A stretch of 64,000 nt of DNA from Macrostomum hystrix (lineage: Eukaryota > Animalia > Platyhelminthes): contig CATNEN010000007.1 in the NCBI GenBank assembly GCA_950097015.1, positions 2,852,001-2,916,000 of the forward strand, read 5' to 3'. Positions 13,398 to 27,044 of this stretch are shown here, piece after piece. Under the pieces are notes generated by a model. It saw nothing but the letters and a program-made list of their open reading frames with translations. It did no database searches and was not told the origin of the DNA. Within the stretch, counting starts at the first letter, position 1. Each line of letters starts with the position of its first letter. The position numbers were made by a program, and so were the translations under genes.

Positions 13398-14285
13398 CCT
13401 GTGTGACTGTGTGCCTGTGTACAGTATCTGTGTGAGTGTGTGCCTGTGTACAGTATCTGTGTGAGTGTGTGCCTGTGTACAGTACCTGTGTGAGTGTGTG
13501 CCTGTGTACAGTATCTGTGTGCGTTTGTGCCTGTGTACAGTATCTGTGTGCGTTTGTGCCTGTGTACAGTATCTGTGTGAGTGTGTGCCTGTGTACAGTA
13601 TCTGTGTGAGTGTGTGCCTGTGTACAGTATCTGTGTGAGTGTGTGCCTGTGTACAGTATCTGTGTGCGTTTGTGCCTGTGTACAGTATCTGTGTGAGTGT
13701 GTGCCTGTGTACAGTATCTGTGTGAGTGTGTGTGCCTGTGTACAGTATCTGTGTGAGTGTGTGTGCCTGTGTACAGTATCTGTGTGAGTGTGTGTGCCTG
13801 TGTACAGTATCTGTGTGAGTGTGTGTGCCTGTGTACAGTATCTGTGTGAGTGTGTGTGCCTGTGTACAGTATCTGTGTGAGTGTGTGTGCCTGTGTACAG
13901 TATCTGTGTGAGTGTGTGTGCCTGTGTACAGTATCTGTGTGAGTGTGTGTGCCTGTGTACAGTATCTGTGTGAGTGTGTGTGCCTGTGTACAGTATCTGT
14001 GTGAGTGTGTGTGCCTGTGTACAGTATCTGTGTGAGTGTGTGTGCCTGTGTACAGTATCTGTGTGAGTGTGTGTGCCTGTGTACAGTATCTGTGTGAGTG
14101 TGTGTGCCTGTGTACAGTATCTGTGTGAGTGTGTGTGCCTGTGTACAGTATCTGTGTGAGTGTGTGTGCCTGTGTACAGTATCTGTGTGAGTGTGTGTGC
14201 CTGTGTACAGTATCTGTGTGAGTGTGTGTGCCTGTGTACAGTATCTGTGTGAGTGTGTGTGCCTGTGTACAGTATCTGTGTGCGC
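13398..14285. repeat. 28/30-bp TG-rich minisatellite
   Basis: Unit TGTGCCTGTGTACAGTATCTGTGTGAG(TG)1-2; explains the 414-aa His/Thr-rich ORF. Confidence 0.96.
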
Positions 14286-15789
14286 GTGTGTGCTCAGGAG
14301 TCAGCGAAATCAGCAGAATAGCCTCCACGCTGGCTGCGGGTCTAGTGTCATCAGATGATGTGCCATCAGCGGAGAGCAAACAGTTCCTACCTGCATCTGC
14401 TGGAGATTTAGTTTTCAAATCGAGAATTTCTCCCACCCCCCGAAACTTCCCCATCCCGGCCCAACAAAGAGCTGTCAGTGGATCTAGTTTCCGCAGGTAG
14501 GGAAATCTATGTTGTAGGCTGCTGTTTTTTTCCACACATCTTTAAGCTCTTCCCCGTCGCATCAGCGGTGGCCTCGTTCTCTGTTTCTAGTAGCTTTGCA
14601 AAAGCAATCGCCGTCAGAACGGCTAGACATTGCAAGTCGGCTAGCGCTGGTTCATAGCAAATTCTAAGAATAAACATTCCAAGAAATGTTGGCTGCCCCT
14701 GCTTTGACAATTAATTATTTCTAACTTAGAATTCTCTGTTCAGAAAGCTGGTAGAGAAAATACAGGAATCAGGACTTTCTGTCTGCGCTCCAAGCAGTTG
14801 CTGAAAAGCCAGATGTGCTTTTGGAATTTTCAAAAGTTTCACTAAAACTATTTCACTTCAGCAATGGTTCAACCGATCAGCTAAATAGCAACAAGACATT
14901 GTTGCTTATTCTTAAAAATTCTTCTGTTAGAAATCTTTCCGTTTGGAAAATTACTTCCGCTGAAAACCATCCGCCGGAATTGACAAGGGCTGAAACGAAT
15001 TTCGATAGTAATTCGTTACAAAGCTAGAAAAATAACCTGCACTAAAATTAGATTTGTTACTCATAACTCAGAATTCGAACCCAGGGCCATTGCAGCACAA
15101 AACATTTTCACTTCCGTTGGCCTAACTTTTCGGCTCTAGACTGGCACAATGGCTAGGCCCGAGTGAATGGTAAGCTATTGTACAGCCGCATATTATTCTG
15201 TCTCATTTCCAGTTGATCGATGCCGAACTTTGTAGCCAAATTAATTTGGCATTCCAACGAAGAATCGGAGATTTATTAACGCGAATTTGGCCGAATATAA
15301 TTTACGATACGCAGCTGAATTGGAAAGCCACACCACTAAATCTCATAGCAATGCTATATCACGGGAGAATTAGATCTGGTTAATTAGGGGATCTGGGAAA
15401 GGCTAGAAGAGGGAAAATGGGAGAGCTGGGAAGGGCATGACTTCTGGACATTCTTTTTTGCTGCTGCGAGACGCCAGTGCCGCAGCAGTGCCGCTCGTTG
15501 GGGACTTTGGCACCGGGGGTGGGGTAGTGAGTAGGTGGCGGCACTCTCAGCTATCAAAGGCGCCGCGTGGGCTTCATTGAGGGATTATTGCCCACTTCCC
15601 GGTTCGGCTGGCAAAACTTTATGACTCCGTCTTAATCCAATAACATTTATTAGCTTTGAAAGCAGCAGGAATGAAATGTGGATCATTTTCCCTACCGGTT
15701 CGCTCCTGAAACTAAACGTCACACAGTGCTTATCCAGCCTGGAAGCACTCGCGTTATCCCATCAAAAGCCACCGATTCTTCAGATTAGG

Positions 15790-16265
15790 CGAATCCGCAG
15801 TCCTAAGTTCGATTCCTTAAATTACGAGTTTAATTCCTATAATCCAGAGTTCAGTTTGTCAAATCCTAAGTCTGATTCGCATATTCCAGAGTTCCATTCC
15901 TAAAATTCCGAGTTCAATTTGTAAAATCCCTAAAAGTAAAGTTTATTAAATCATGAGTTCGATTGATAAAATCCCAAATTCGATTCCTGAAGTCCCAAAT
16001 TCGATTCCTACAATAAAAAGTTTGATTCCTAAAATCCAGAGTTCGATTCCTAAAATCCCAAGTTCGATTCCTGCAGTCCCAAATTCGATTCCTACAATAA
16101 AAAGTTTGATTCCTAAAATCCAGAGTTCAATTCCTAAAATCCAGAGTTCGATTCCTAAAATACCAAATTCGATTCCTAAAAAACCCAAATTCGATTCCTG
16201 CAATAAAAAGTTTGATTCCTAAAATCCAGAGTTCGATTCCTAAAATACCTAATTCGATTCCTAAA
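15790..16265. repeat. 21-bp minisatellite, array 1
   Basis: Unit TTCGATTCCTAAAATCCCAAG and variants; left part degenerate. Confidence 0.9.
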
Positions 16266-16699
16266 ACCCACTTTAGCTTTTTTCGAAAGTCAGTAAGCGC
16301 AACAATTTAACAATGCATGGTATTCGTTACAATAAAAGGCTAAACTGGTGTAACAGCCGGGCTGCATTTAGCAGGACTAGAGTTATTCTAGCTAACAATA
16401 ACCCTAGCTGCACTGCTTTGTCAGTCGCTTCGTGCCGATAATGTATTTCAGCAAGCCTTTATCCAAAACCAAGGCAACCCTCACGCTGAGGCATTTACAA
16501 TGGCTGGCTATGCACAACGAATACGAGTAGAGAAACAGACAAGTTGTAGTACGAGTATATGCTATCAAACACTCTACATTTGCTTCTAGTCTGTGACTTG
16601 CTTTCAACATACGAGCTACAACTACTTTTTCTAATTCTGAATTAGCGAAAATTTCAATTTTAAGGGTACTTCTTAAACATTTTTACGGAAGAAATCACA

Positions 16700-17216
16700 T
16701 TAGGAATCGCAGCAGGACTCAATTTAGGAATCACAGCAGCAGCTCGGATTAGGAATCGCAGCAGGACTGTTAAGAATCGCAGCAGGACTGTTAGGAATCG
16801 CAGCAGGGCTACTGCTAGGAATCGCAGCAAGAATGGTATTAGGAATCGCAGCAGGAATCGTATTAGGAATTGCAGCAGGATTCGTATTAGGAATTGCAGC
16901 AGGATTCGTATTAGGAATCCTGGCAGGACCACTGTTAGGAATCGCAGCAAGAATGGTATTAGGAATCGCAGCAGGAATCGTGTTAAGAATCGCAGCAGGA
17001 CTCGTGTTAGGAATCGCAGCAATCGTATCAAGAATCGCAGTAGGGCTACTGTTAGGAATCGCAGCAAGAATAGTATTAGGAATCGCAGCAGGAATCGTAT
17101 TAGGAATTGCAGCAGGATTCTTATTAGGAATCCTGGCAGGACCACTGTTAGGAATCGCAGCAAGAATGGTATTAGGAATCGCAGCAGGAATCGTGTTAGG
17201 AATCGCAGCAGGACTC
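16700..17216. repeat. 24-bp minisatellite
   Basis: Unit TTAGGAATCGCAGCAGGAATCGTA; its reverse complement carries the CGATTCCT core of the flanking 21-bp arrays twice. Confidence 0.92.
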
Positions 17217-17764
17217 ATAGTAGCGCATGGCAAGTAGGACGACAAGCATGACATGGCAAGCAGGAAAGTATTTTTGGAATCGAAGCAAGAACAAGAGTCG
17301 TAGCTAGAACCATACGATCGATACGATTCGTTACTTGGGTGCATTTTGGAATTGACTAGTCAAGAACCGGTTTATAAGAATTTTCCGAGAAACAGAAATC
17401 GAATCTGTTCTTGAAGTTAGCGACATCATTTTTGATCCTGTTGTTATCGTAACGAATGAAAGAGATTAGTCGAGTCCGTGGGATGCGAGACTGTGATCAG
17501 TTGTAGATAATCCTCAAAATGATTGCTTTGCTGTTAAAAGCAGTCGTTACCCATTTCTGATGCCTAAAGTTGCACAGCTTTCCATTAGCAATTGGAAGTG
17601 AGCCTGCGGAGTAACAAAGTTTGAGAACTTTTTGTACAATGTCTACTATGGGCTGTCAAGCGCCTGAAATAGGCCCAGACCTGTTTCCTCAAAATCCTCC
17701 GGTTGAACCTTCCAACTGGTTCGACTTCGACTCCTAAACTCACTAGCGCAATTCCTTAATTACT

Positions 17765-18330
17765 GAGTTCGATTCCGACAATCCCAAGCTCGATTCCTAC
17801 AATCCCAAGTTCTATCCCTAAATCCTTAGCTGGATTCCTACAATCCAAAGTTTGATTCCAAAATCCTCAGCTCGATTCCTACAATCCCAAATTCGATTCC
17901 TACAGTCCCAAGTTCGATTCCTACAATCCCAAGTTTGATTCCTACAGTCCCAAGTTCGATTCCTACAATCCCAAGTTCGATTCCTCAAATCCCAAGTTCG
18001 ATTCCTACAATCCCAAGTTCGATTCCTACAATCCCAAGTTTGATTCCTCAAATCCCAAATTCGATTCCTACAGTCCCAAGTTCGATTCCTACAATCCCAA
18101 GTTCGATTCCTACAATCCCAAGTTCGATTCCTACAATCCCAAGTTCGATTCCTACAATCCCAAGTTCGATTCCTCAAATCCCAAGTTCGATTCCTACAAT
18201 CCCAAGTTCGATTCCTACAATCCCAAGTTCGATTCGTACAATCCCAAGTTCGATTCCTACAATCCCAAGTTCGATTCGTAAAATTCCGAGTTCAAGTCCC
18301 ACAATTTCGTGTTAGTTTCCTATAATCCAG
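17765..18330. repeat. 21-bp minisatellite, array 2
   Basis: Unit TTCGATTCCTACAATCCCAAG; same family as 15790-16265. Confidence 0.94.
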
Positions 18331-18539
18331 AGTTTAAATTGTAAAATCCCAAGTTTGATATCTAAAACATAGATTTAAAATCTTACAATCTGGAGTTTGA
18401 TTACTATAATCCAGAGTTAAGTTCCTAAAATCTCGACTTCAATTTTTTAAACTCCCAACTTCCCAAAATCCCATAGACCAACTGCGGCAGGCAATGATCG
18501 CATTGCGATTAGGAGGTTCGAGAAAAAACTTGTCACTTT

Positions 18540-18635
18540 TTAAACAAATCCCGCCTCGAATTGCTCGTCCGATGATTCGTCTGATTGTTTGCCACGATTC
18601 AGCAGATCCACTTCCTCAGGCGGCGGCGGCGGAGG

Positions 18636-18667
<32 letters not shown>

Positions 18668-19931
18668 GCCGCGGTGTCGAAGGCTGCTGACTTACGGGAG
18701 TCGGCAGCAGCATCGGGGAGTCAGAAGGTCGCGTCCTGACGGCACAGTTGTGGTTGGCGGACCAGCTGAGCCGGATGTTTGCAGGGGGGTTCGCTGACCG
18801 GATCATTGTGTAGTTGCCGCTGTTGGGGTGCCCGGCGCCCTTTGGAGCCGGCAGTCCGAGCAGGCGCCGCACCGTTTCCCGGAAGGTGTTGCTGGTGCTG
18901 CTGTACACGATGAAGTTGCTGAAGCTGTCCAGGCAGACTAGAATGTTCCCGATGAAGGTGGTGTGCAGCCTGACTGTTCCGTAGTTTGACAGCCTCTTGA
19001 AGGCGGTGTTGTTGAGCACGAAGAACACGAAGGTGGGCAGTTCAAATGCTACGAAGCAGATTAGCAGCACCATGACAGTCTTGGTGGCGGCATCCTGGCT
19101 CCGCGCAGCGCCGCCACCTCCGAGGCCGCCCGGCTGCTGGTTGAACTGTCGCCGGCGCAGAGTGAAGATGATGAGGAAGCTGAGAGCACTGATCAGAAAG
19201 ATAGGAGCCACAGTCTGCATGGGGTACAGCAGCAGAGTCTTGTAGTGCTTGTACTCGGGCAGGCTGTCCAGTTTCTGATGCGTGACAATCGTCAGTAGGT
19301 AGGCCGATGAGTCGTTTCCGGACGCGTTGCATGGAAATGGAAAAACAGTCCAGGTGAACTCAAACATGCGCGGAGAGCACAGGATGAAGCTGATGGCCGC
19401 CAGGGCGATGTAGCCGCCCAGTGTTCTGGTGGGGCTGAACAGCTGGCCGCTGCGAGTGCTCAGCGGGTTGCGTACCACCTCGCAGCGGCTGCCGGCGATC
19501 ATCACCAGGCACCAGTTGCGGATCATGATGTAGGCATTGAACAGGCTGAAGGACAGGAAGAAGCTGCCAGTGATGATGTTGGCCGGACTCGTGGATTGAA
19601 AGGCCTGCCTGTGATTGCCCACCCACAGCATGACGGTAAAGTTGGAGGCCAGGCAGATGTTGAGTATGGTCTCAGACAGCGACAGCAGCAGCAGCAGCCG
19701 GCGCATGATAATATTTTTCCGGTCCAAGATGAACACAATCAGTGAGAAGCCATTGGTCAGTGTGTTCAGGTAGCCAAGAATACATGTGATCCACAGGTAC
19801 ACTGTCACATTGCCACCGTTACCGCCTCCGCCTCCGCCGCCGCCAGAACGGCTGGAGTTGCCGCGTGGAGCTCCGGTCATGAGGGTCGTCATGTTGACAC
19901 ACTCCTCTACGCTGGCCAAATGGGCTAGCAT
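18540..19931 (-). CDS. Intronless rhodopsin-class (class A) GPCR, peptide/FMRFamide-receptor-like, 463 aa from the first ATG
   Basis: Seven hydrophobic segments with family hallmarks: TM1 GYLNTLTN, TM2 LSLSE, TM3 IAGSRC, TM4 SPRMFE, TM5 APIF, TM6 FVAFELP, TM7 LDSFSNFIVY. The track start at 19961 is TTG; the first ATG is 19931 and an alternative ATG is 19892. Confidence 0.9.
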
Positions 19932-20257
19932 TGGGTGTGCTTCAGTTCTATTTCTCAACAAAAAATAATTTTGATTAGAGAAGCTAATAAACAGTCATCT
20001 CAGGTAGATTTTAGATATTCCTTCGAGACAGGTGCAAGGTATTTTAGGCCGGGCAGGTTGGTTTGACTGGACGGCAAAGAAACTGAACCATTTACCGTAT
20101 AGGCCTGCCCGCTATTCTGATTGGTTGATAGTGTCTGAGCCAATGAGAATTGCCGTTAAATGTGGATTAGAAATGTTTCATTCAGCATTGCGAGCGGGAT
20201 ATCAGTGGCAAAATTGAAAGCAATGCCTTCAGAATTATCAGAGGTTAATGGCTACAT

Positions 20258-21790
20258 GACCAAATAGGAACCCATCCTCCATGATCAGATGGAACCCATC
20301 CTCTATGACCATATAGGAACCCATCCTCCATGACCAGATGCAACCCATCCTCCATGACCAGATGGAACCCGGGAACCCATCCTTCATGACCAGATGGAAC
20401 CCTGGAACCCTGGAACCCATCCTCCATGACAAGATACAACCCATCCTCCATGACCAGATGGAACCCTGGAACCCATCCTCCATGACCAGATGGAACCCTG
20501 GAACCCATCCTCCATGACCAGATGGAACCCTGGAACCCATCCTCTATGACCATATTGGAACCCAGCTTCCATGACCAGATGAACCCATCCTCTATGACCA
20601 TATTGGAACCCAGCTTCCATGACCAGATGAACCCATCCTCTATGACCATATTGGAACCCATCGTTCATGACCAGATGTAACCCATCCTTCATGACCAGAT
20701 GGAACCCATTCTCCATGACCAGATGGAACCCATCCTTCATGACCAGATGGAACCCATCCTCCATGACCAGATGGAACCCATCCTTCATGGCCAGATGGAA
20801 CCCATCCTCCATGACCATATTGGAACCCAGCTTCCATGATCAGATGAACCCATCCTCTATGACCAGATACAACCCATCCTCCATGACCAGATGAACCCAT
20901 CCTCTATGACCAGATACAACCCATCCTCCATGACCAGATGGAACCCTGGAACCCATCCTCCATGACCAGATGGAACCCATCCTTCATGACCAGATGGAAC
21001 CCATCCTCCATGACCAGATGGAACCCATCCTTCATGGCCAGATGGAACCCATCCTCCATGACCAGATGGAACCCATCCTCCATGACCAGATGTAACCCAT
21101 CCTTCATGACCAGATGGAACCCATCCTCCATGACCAGATGGAACCCATCTTTCATGACCAGATGGAACCCATCCTTCATGGCCAGATGGAACCCATCCTC
21201 CATGACCATATTGGAACCCAGCTTCCATGACCAGATGAACCCATCCTCTATGACCAGATACAACCCATCCTCCATGACCAGATGAACCCATCCTCTATGA
21301 CCAGATACAACCCATCCTCCATGACCAGATGGAACCCTGGAACCCATCCTCCATGACCAGATGGAACCCATCCTTCATGACCAGATGGAACCCATCCTCC
21401 ATGACCAGATGGAACCCATCCTTCATGGCCAGATGGAACCCATCCTTCATGACCAGATGGAACCCATCCTCCATGACCAGATGGAACCCATCCTTCATGG
21501 CCAGATGGAACCCATCCTTCATGGCCAGATGGAACCCATCCTTCATGGCCAGATGGAACCCATCCTTCATGACCAGATGGAACCCATCCTCCATGACCAG
21601 ATGGAACCCATCCTTCATGGCCAGATGGAACCCATCCTTCATGGCCAGATGGAACCCATCCTCCATGACCAGATGGCGCCCATCGTTTATGACCGATGCA
21701 ACCCAACTTCCCTGACCAGATGGAACCAAGCTTCTATGAGCAGATGGAACCAAGCTTCTATGAGCAGATGGAACCAAGTCTCAATGACCA
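20258..21790. repeat. 24-bp minisatellite (GAACCCATCCTCCATGACCAGATG), array 1
   Basis: Direct reading; generates all the MEDGF/GHGGW ORFs in 20.2-21.8 kb. Confidence 0.96.
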
Positions 21791-22429
21791 ATTGGAAACC
21801 ACATTTTTATAGCTATGAAACATAATTAGCAAGGAAAGTTAATAACTTAAGTCGCACATCAGTTTTTAGTTGCTTAAAACGAGTTTATGACGATGCAACA
21901 GTAAAACGGCGCACGTTTTTAATTATTGTATTCTGTTGAAATTTATCGGTAAAACTCCTGGGTTCAGCAGCTAAACAGCAACACAAAACATAAGAATGTG
22001 AATAGAAGCACTTTAACATTCATGACACACTGATTCTGTTTAAATAAAACGAACTATTTTGTTAGATTAGAGCACGAAAATGATGTAATAAAATCACAAA
22101 ATGTCAGGTACATAAAAATACGCGAAAAAGTCCTTATTAGTTATGCGCAAAACTCACAATAACTCAAGGGCAGAGAATATATTCGTTTACACATTGCATG
22201 CCTAACTCTACTCTAAGATGTAACAAAACAATAGCTAAAATATTACACAAAACTGCAACAACATACTGACTGCTAATGACGGCGAAATGCATGCACAGAC
22301 AGGCTTCAACAGACTAAACAAAACATTTAAGGATTTGGGATTCTGAATGCAACTAAAATCTATTCAGAAATAACATTCACGGTAACTAAAAAATCATAGA
22401 TGAGCTGAAGGCTGTCACAACACATCATC

Positions 22430-23610
22430 TCACCGACTAACTCACTGATTTATCTCGCCGACTCAACTTAACTCAACTCTCGCCGACTCAACTCACCGAC
22501 TCATCTTACCGACTCATCTCACTGACTCATCTCACTGACTCAACAAACTGACTCATCTCACTGACTCAACTCACCGACTCATCTTACCGACTCATCTCAC
22601 TGACTCATCTCACTGACTCAACAAACTGACTCATCTCACTGACTCAACTCACCGGCTCATCTTACCGACTCATCTCACTGACTCATCTCACTGACTCAAC
22701 AAACTGACTCATCTCACTGACTCAACTCACTGACTCATCTCACTGACTCATCTCACTGACTCATCTCACTGACTCAACAAACTGACTCATCTCACTGACT
22801 CAACTCACCGGCTCATCTTACCGACTCATCTCACTGACTCATCTCACTGACTCATCTCACTGACTCATCTCACTGACTCAACTCACCGACTCATCTTACC
22901 GACTCATCTCTCTGACTCATCTCACTGACTCAACAAACTGACTCATCTCGCCGACTTAACAAACTGACTCATCTCACTGACTCAACTCACCGACTCATCT
23001 TACCGACTCATCTCACTGACTCATCTCACTGACTCAACAAACTGACTCATCTCACTGACTCAACTCACCGACTCATCTCACTGACTCAACTCACCGACTC
23101 ATCTTACCGACTCATCTCACTGACTCATCTCACTGACTCAACAAACTGACTCATCTCACTGACTCAACTCACCGGCTCATCTTACCGACTCATCTCACTG
23201 ACTCATCTCACTGACTCAACAAACTGACTCATCTCACTGACTCAACTCACCGGCTCATCTTACCGACTCATCTCACTGACTCATCTCACTGACTCATCTC
23301 ACTGACTCATCTCACTGACTCAACTCACCGACTCATCTTACCGACTCATCTCTCTGACTCATCTCACTGACTCAACAAACTGACTCATCTCGCCGACTTA
23401 ACAAACTGACTCATCTCACTGACTCAACTCACCGGCTCATCTTACCGACTCATCTCACTGACTCATCTCACTGACTCATCTCACTGACTCATCTCTCTGA
23501 CTCATCTCTCTGACTCATCTCACTGACTCAACAAACTGACTCATCTCGCCGACTTAAGTAACTGACTCATCTCAATGATTCATCTCGCCGACTCAACCAA
23601 CTGACTCATC
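22430..23610. repeat. 13-bp monomer satellite with ~78-bp higher-order repeat
   Basis: Four monomer types (ACTCATCTCACTG, ACTCAACAAACTG, ACTCAACTCACCG, ACTCATCTTACCG); ACTCAACTCACCG lies at 22486 and 22564. Confidence 0.93.
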
Positions 23611-24096
23611 TAAATGTGCACGAAATCTAAATAAAGCAAAATTTATGGCATTTTAATTATTAATTTGTTCCCGAATGAAAACAATTTTTTCCCCTGAATA
23701 ACCGGAGAGAAGAAAATGTGCCAGCTATCGTGACTCAAATAAGTCATTATTTAATAGTAATGCGCAAATTATACCAAAATTCCTTGCTGCCCCAAGGCCA
23801 CAGACAAGAATTCCTGTTTTTCTTTCAGTCGCTGTCAAAATAGGCGCCCCTGCTAAAACTCATCTGAGCTGGCCGGCCCAGGATGGCAGACAGGGCCTTC
23901 AGTGGAAGATGGATGGATGGGGAACAGCCACACAGGGCAATTGTAAGCGCTTCAACTCAGTACTGCGGCTTCTCCGCTCTGCCCCGCGTCTCCATTTCCA
24001 ACCCGTCAAAGCTGTGATGTCCCGCAGAAAAGAACTATTTGCCAGAGTTTGCCAATCCGCCAGCTGAGAATAGCGGGCCAACAAGATCTGCTGTCG

Positions 24097-24246
24097 TCAG
24101 TCTTTCAACAGCTGCGCCTTCTCCGTGCCACCACGGCCAGGCTGGGCCGCCGAGTTACCAGTGACACCGGTGACGTTGGCGACGACCGCAGCTCCGTAGC
24201 CGCCGGCGGGCGCAACGTCCTCCGGGTCGGATGATCTGCGATTGGT
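24097..24246 (-). CDS. TMEM184B: TMEM184B-like, exon 7 (terminal)
   Basis: Acceptor ttatctctccag|ACC in phase 0, matching the exon 6 donor. Encodes TNRRSS...TEKAQLLKD*, with an ExxxLL dileucine motif resembling the vertebrate TMEM184B tail. Confidence 0.75.
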   Translation of the reverse strand, partial: TNRRSSDPEDVAPAGGYGAAVVANVTGVTGNSAAQPGRGGTEKAQLLKD

Positions 24247-24426
24247 CTGGAGAGATAACAGGAATCTTATCTGACAAGCAAATCTTACAAAAGTCAAATA
24301 ACTATTTCTCAGAATAGATATGTCACTTCACCAGCCCATCACACTGATGCATTGATGAAAACTGAGCTTAGAAAATGTGCTTTGAAAATTTCGCAACGCT
24401 TCCAAAGGCTGTGTGTACATGCCTGT

Positions 24427-25815
24427 GGAACCCAGCTTCCATGACCTGATGGGAACCCATCCTCCATGACCTGATGGGAACCCATCCTCCATGACCTGAT
24501 GGGAACCCATCCTCCATGACCTGATGGGAACCCATCCTCCATGACCAGATGGAACCCATCCTCCATGACCTGATGGGAACCCATCATCCATGACCTTATG
24601 GGAACCCATCCTCCTTGACCAGAAGGAACCCATCCTCCATGACCTGATGGGAACCCATCATCCATGACCTTATGGGAACCTATCCTCCTTGACCAGAAGG
24701 AACCCATCCTCATTGGCCTGATAGGAACTCATCCTCCATGACCTGATGGAACCTGGGAATCCATCCTCCATGACCTGATGGAACCTGGGAACCCATCCTC
24801 CATGAGCTGATGGGAACTCATCCTCCATGACCTGATGGAACCTGGGAATCCATCCTCCATGACCTGAGGGAACCTGGGAATCCATCCTCCATGACCTGAT
24901 GGAACCTGGGAATCCATCCTCCATGACCTGAGGGAACCTGGGAACCCATCCTACATGACCTGATGGAACCTGGGAACCCATCCTCCATAACATGATGGAA
25001 CCTGGGAACCCATCCTCCATGACCTGATGGAACCTGGGAATCCATCCTCCATGACCTGATGGAACCTGGGAATCCATCCTCCATGACCTGATGGAACCTG
25101 GGAATCCATCCTCCATGACCTGATGGAACCTGGGAATCCATCCTCCATGACCTGATGGAACCTGGGAATCCATCCTCCATGACCTGATGGAACCTGAGAA
25201 TCCATCCTCCATGACCTGATGGAACCTGGGAATCCATCCTCCATGACCTGATGGAACCTGGGAACCCATCCTCCATGACCTGATGGAACCTGGGAACCCA
25301 TCCTCCATGAGCTGATGGGAACTCATCCTCCATGACCTGATGGAACCTGGGAATCCATCCTCCATGACCTGAGGGAACCTGGGAACCCATCCTACATGAC
25401 CTGATGGAACCTGGGAACCCATCCTCCATAACATGATGGAACCTGGGAACCCATCCTCCATGACCTGATGGAACCTGGGAACCCATCCTCCATGACCTGA
25501 TGGAACCTGGGAACCCATCCTCCATGACCTGATGGAACCTGGGAACCCATCCTCTATGACCATATTGGAACCCAGCTTCCATGACCAGATGGAACCCATC
25601 CTCCATGACCAGATACAACCCATCCTCCATGACCAGATGGAACCCTGGAACCCATCCTCCATGACCAGATGGAACCCATCCTTCATGACCAGATGGAACC
25701 CATCCTCCATGACCTGATGGGAACTCATCCTCCATGACCTGATGGGAACCCATCCTCCATGACCTGATGGGAACCCATCCTCCATGACCAGATGGAACCC
25801 ATCCTCCATGACCTG
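24427..25815. repeat. 24/25/32-bp minisatellite, array 2 of the 20.3-kb family, inside TMEM184B intron 6
   Basis: Same CCATCCTCCATGACC core with a 32-bp derivative, GAACCTGGGAATCCATCCTCCATGACCTGATG. Confidence 0.95.
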
Positions 25816-26071
25816 ATTTAGATTCGCATACAGGTTTATACTGAGCAATGTTAGTTGCCATTGTCACTGGTGTTTTTTGACAACAATCGCTGAATATCTG
25901 GACGATGCTGACGGCTTTGAAAGTTACGAGTTCATTGTAAAGGGTGGAAAATTTTAATCTATATGTTGTAAATTCCCAAAACTCCATCTGCCTGCCTGCT
26001 TCTGTTCCTCATTGCTGGCCAATCCATCACAAAGCTTATTTCTTATAAGAGGCTTTGAATTGCTGAGGTCA

Positions 26072-26794
<723 letters not shown>

Positions 26795-27044
26795 TCATAG
26801 TCAACTTTGCTAAGCCTGTCTGATGAATTACTAATGACCTGAACGGCGTTGGGTTTTCAGTGAATATTACAGATCGGAAGCCTGGAAAACCTGGCGGAAC
26901 ACTTTAAGTACTTTGTGCGTGAGTTAGTTCGCATGTCCTTTAGACAAACAAGATTTTGGGTCTCGATTGAAACTATGTCCTTAGCTTTCCTGTCAGTTTA
27001 TAAGACTTTTATTTGTCAATTTTAGTACTGCACAAAGATCAATC

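Noticed and set aside
15060-15170. tRNA gene on the minus strand (GGGTTCGAATTC B-box)
   Set aside because: No cloverleaf could be folded; at most a decayed tRNA-related repeat.
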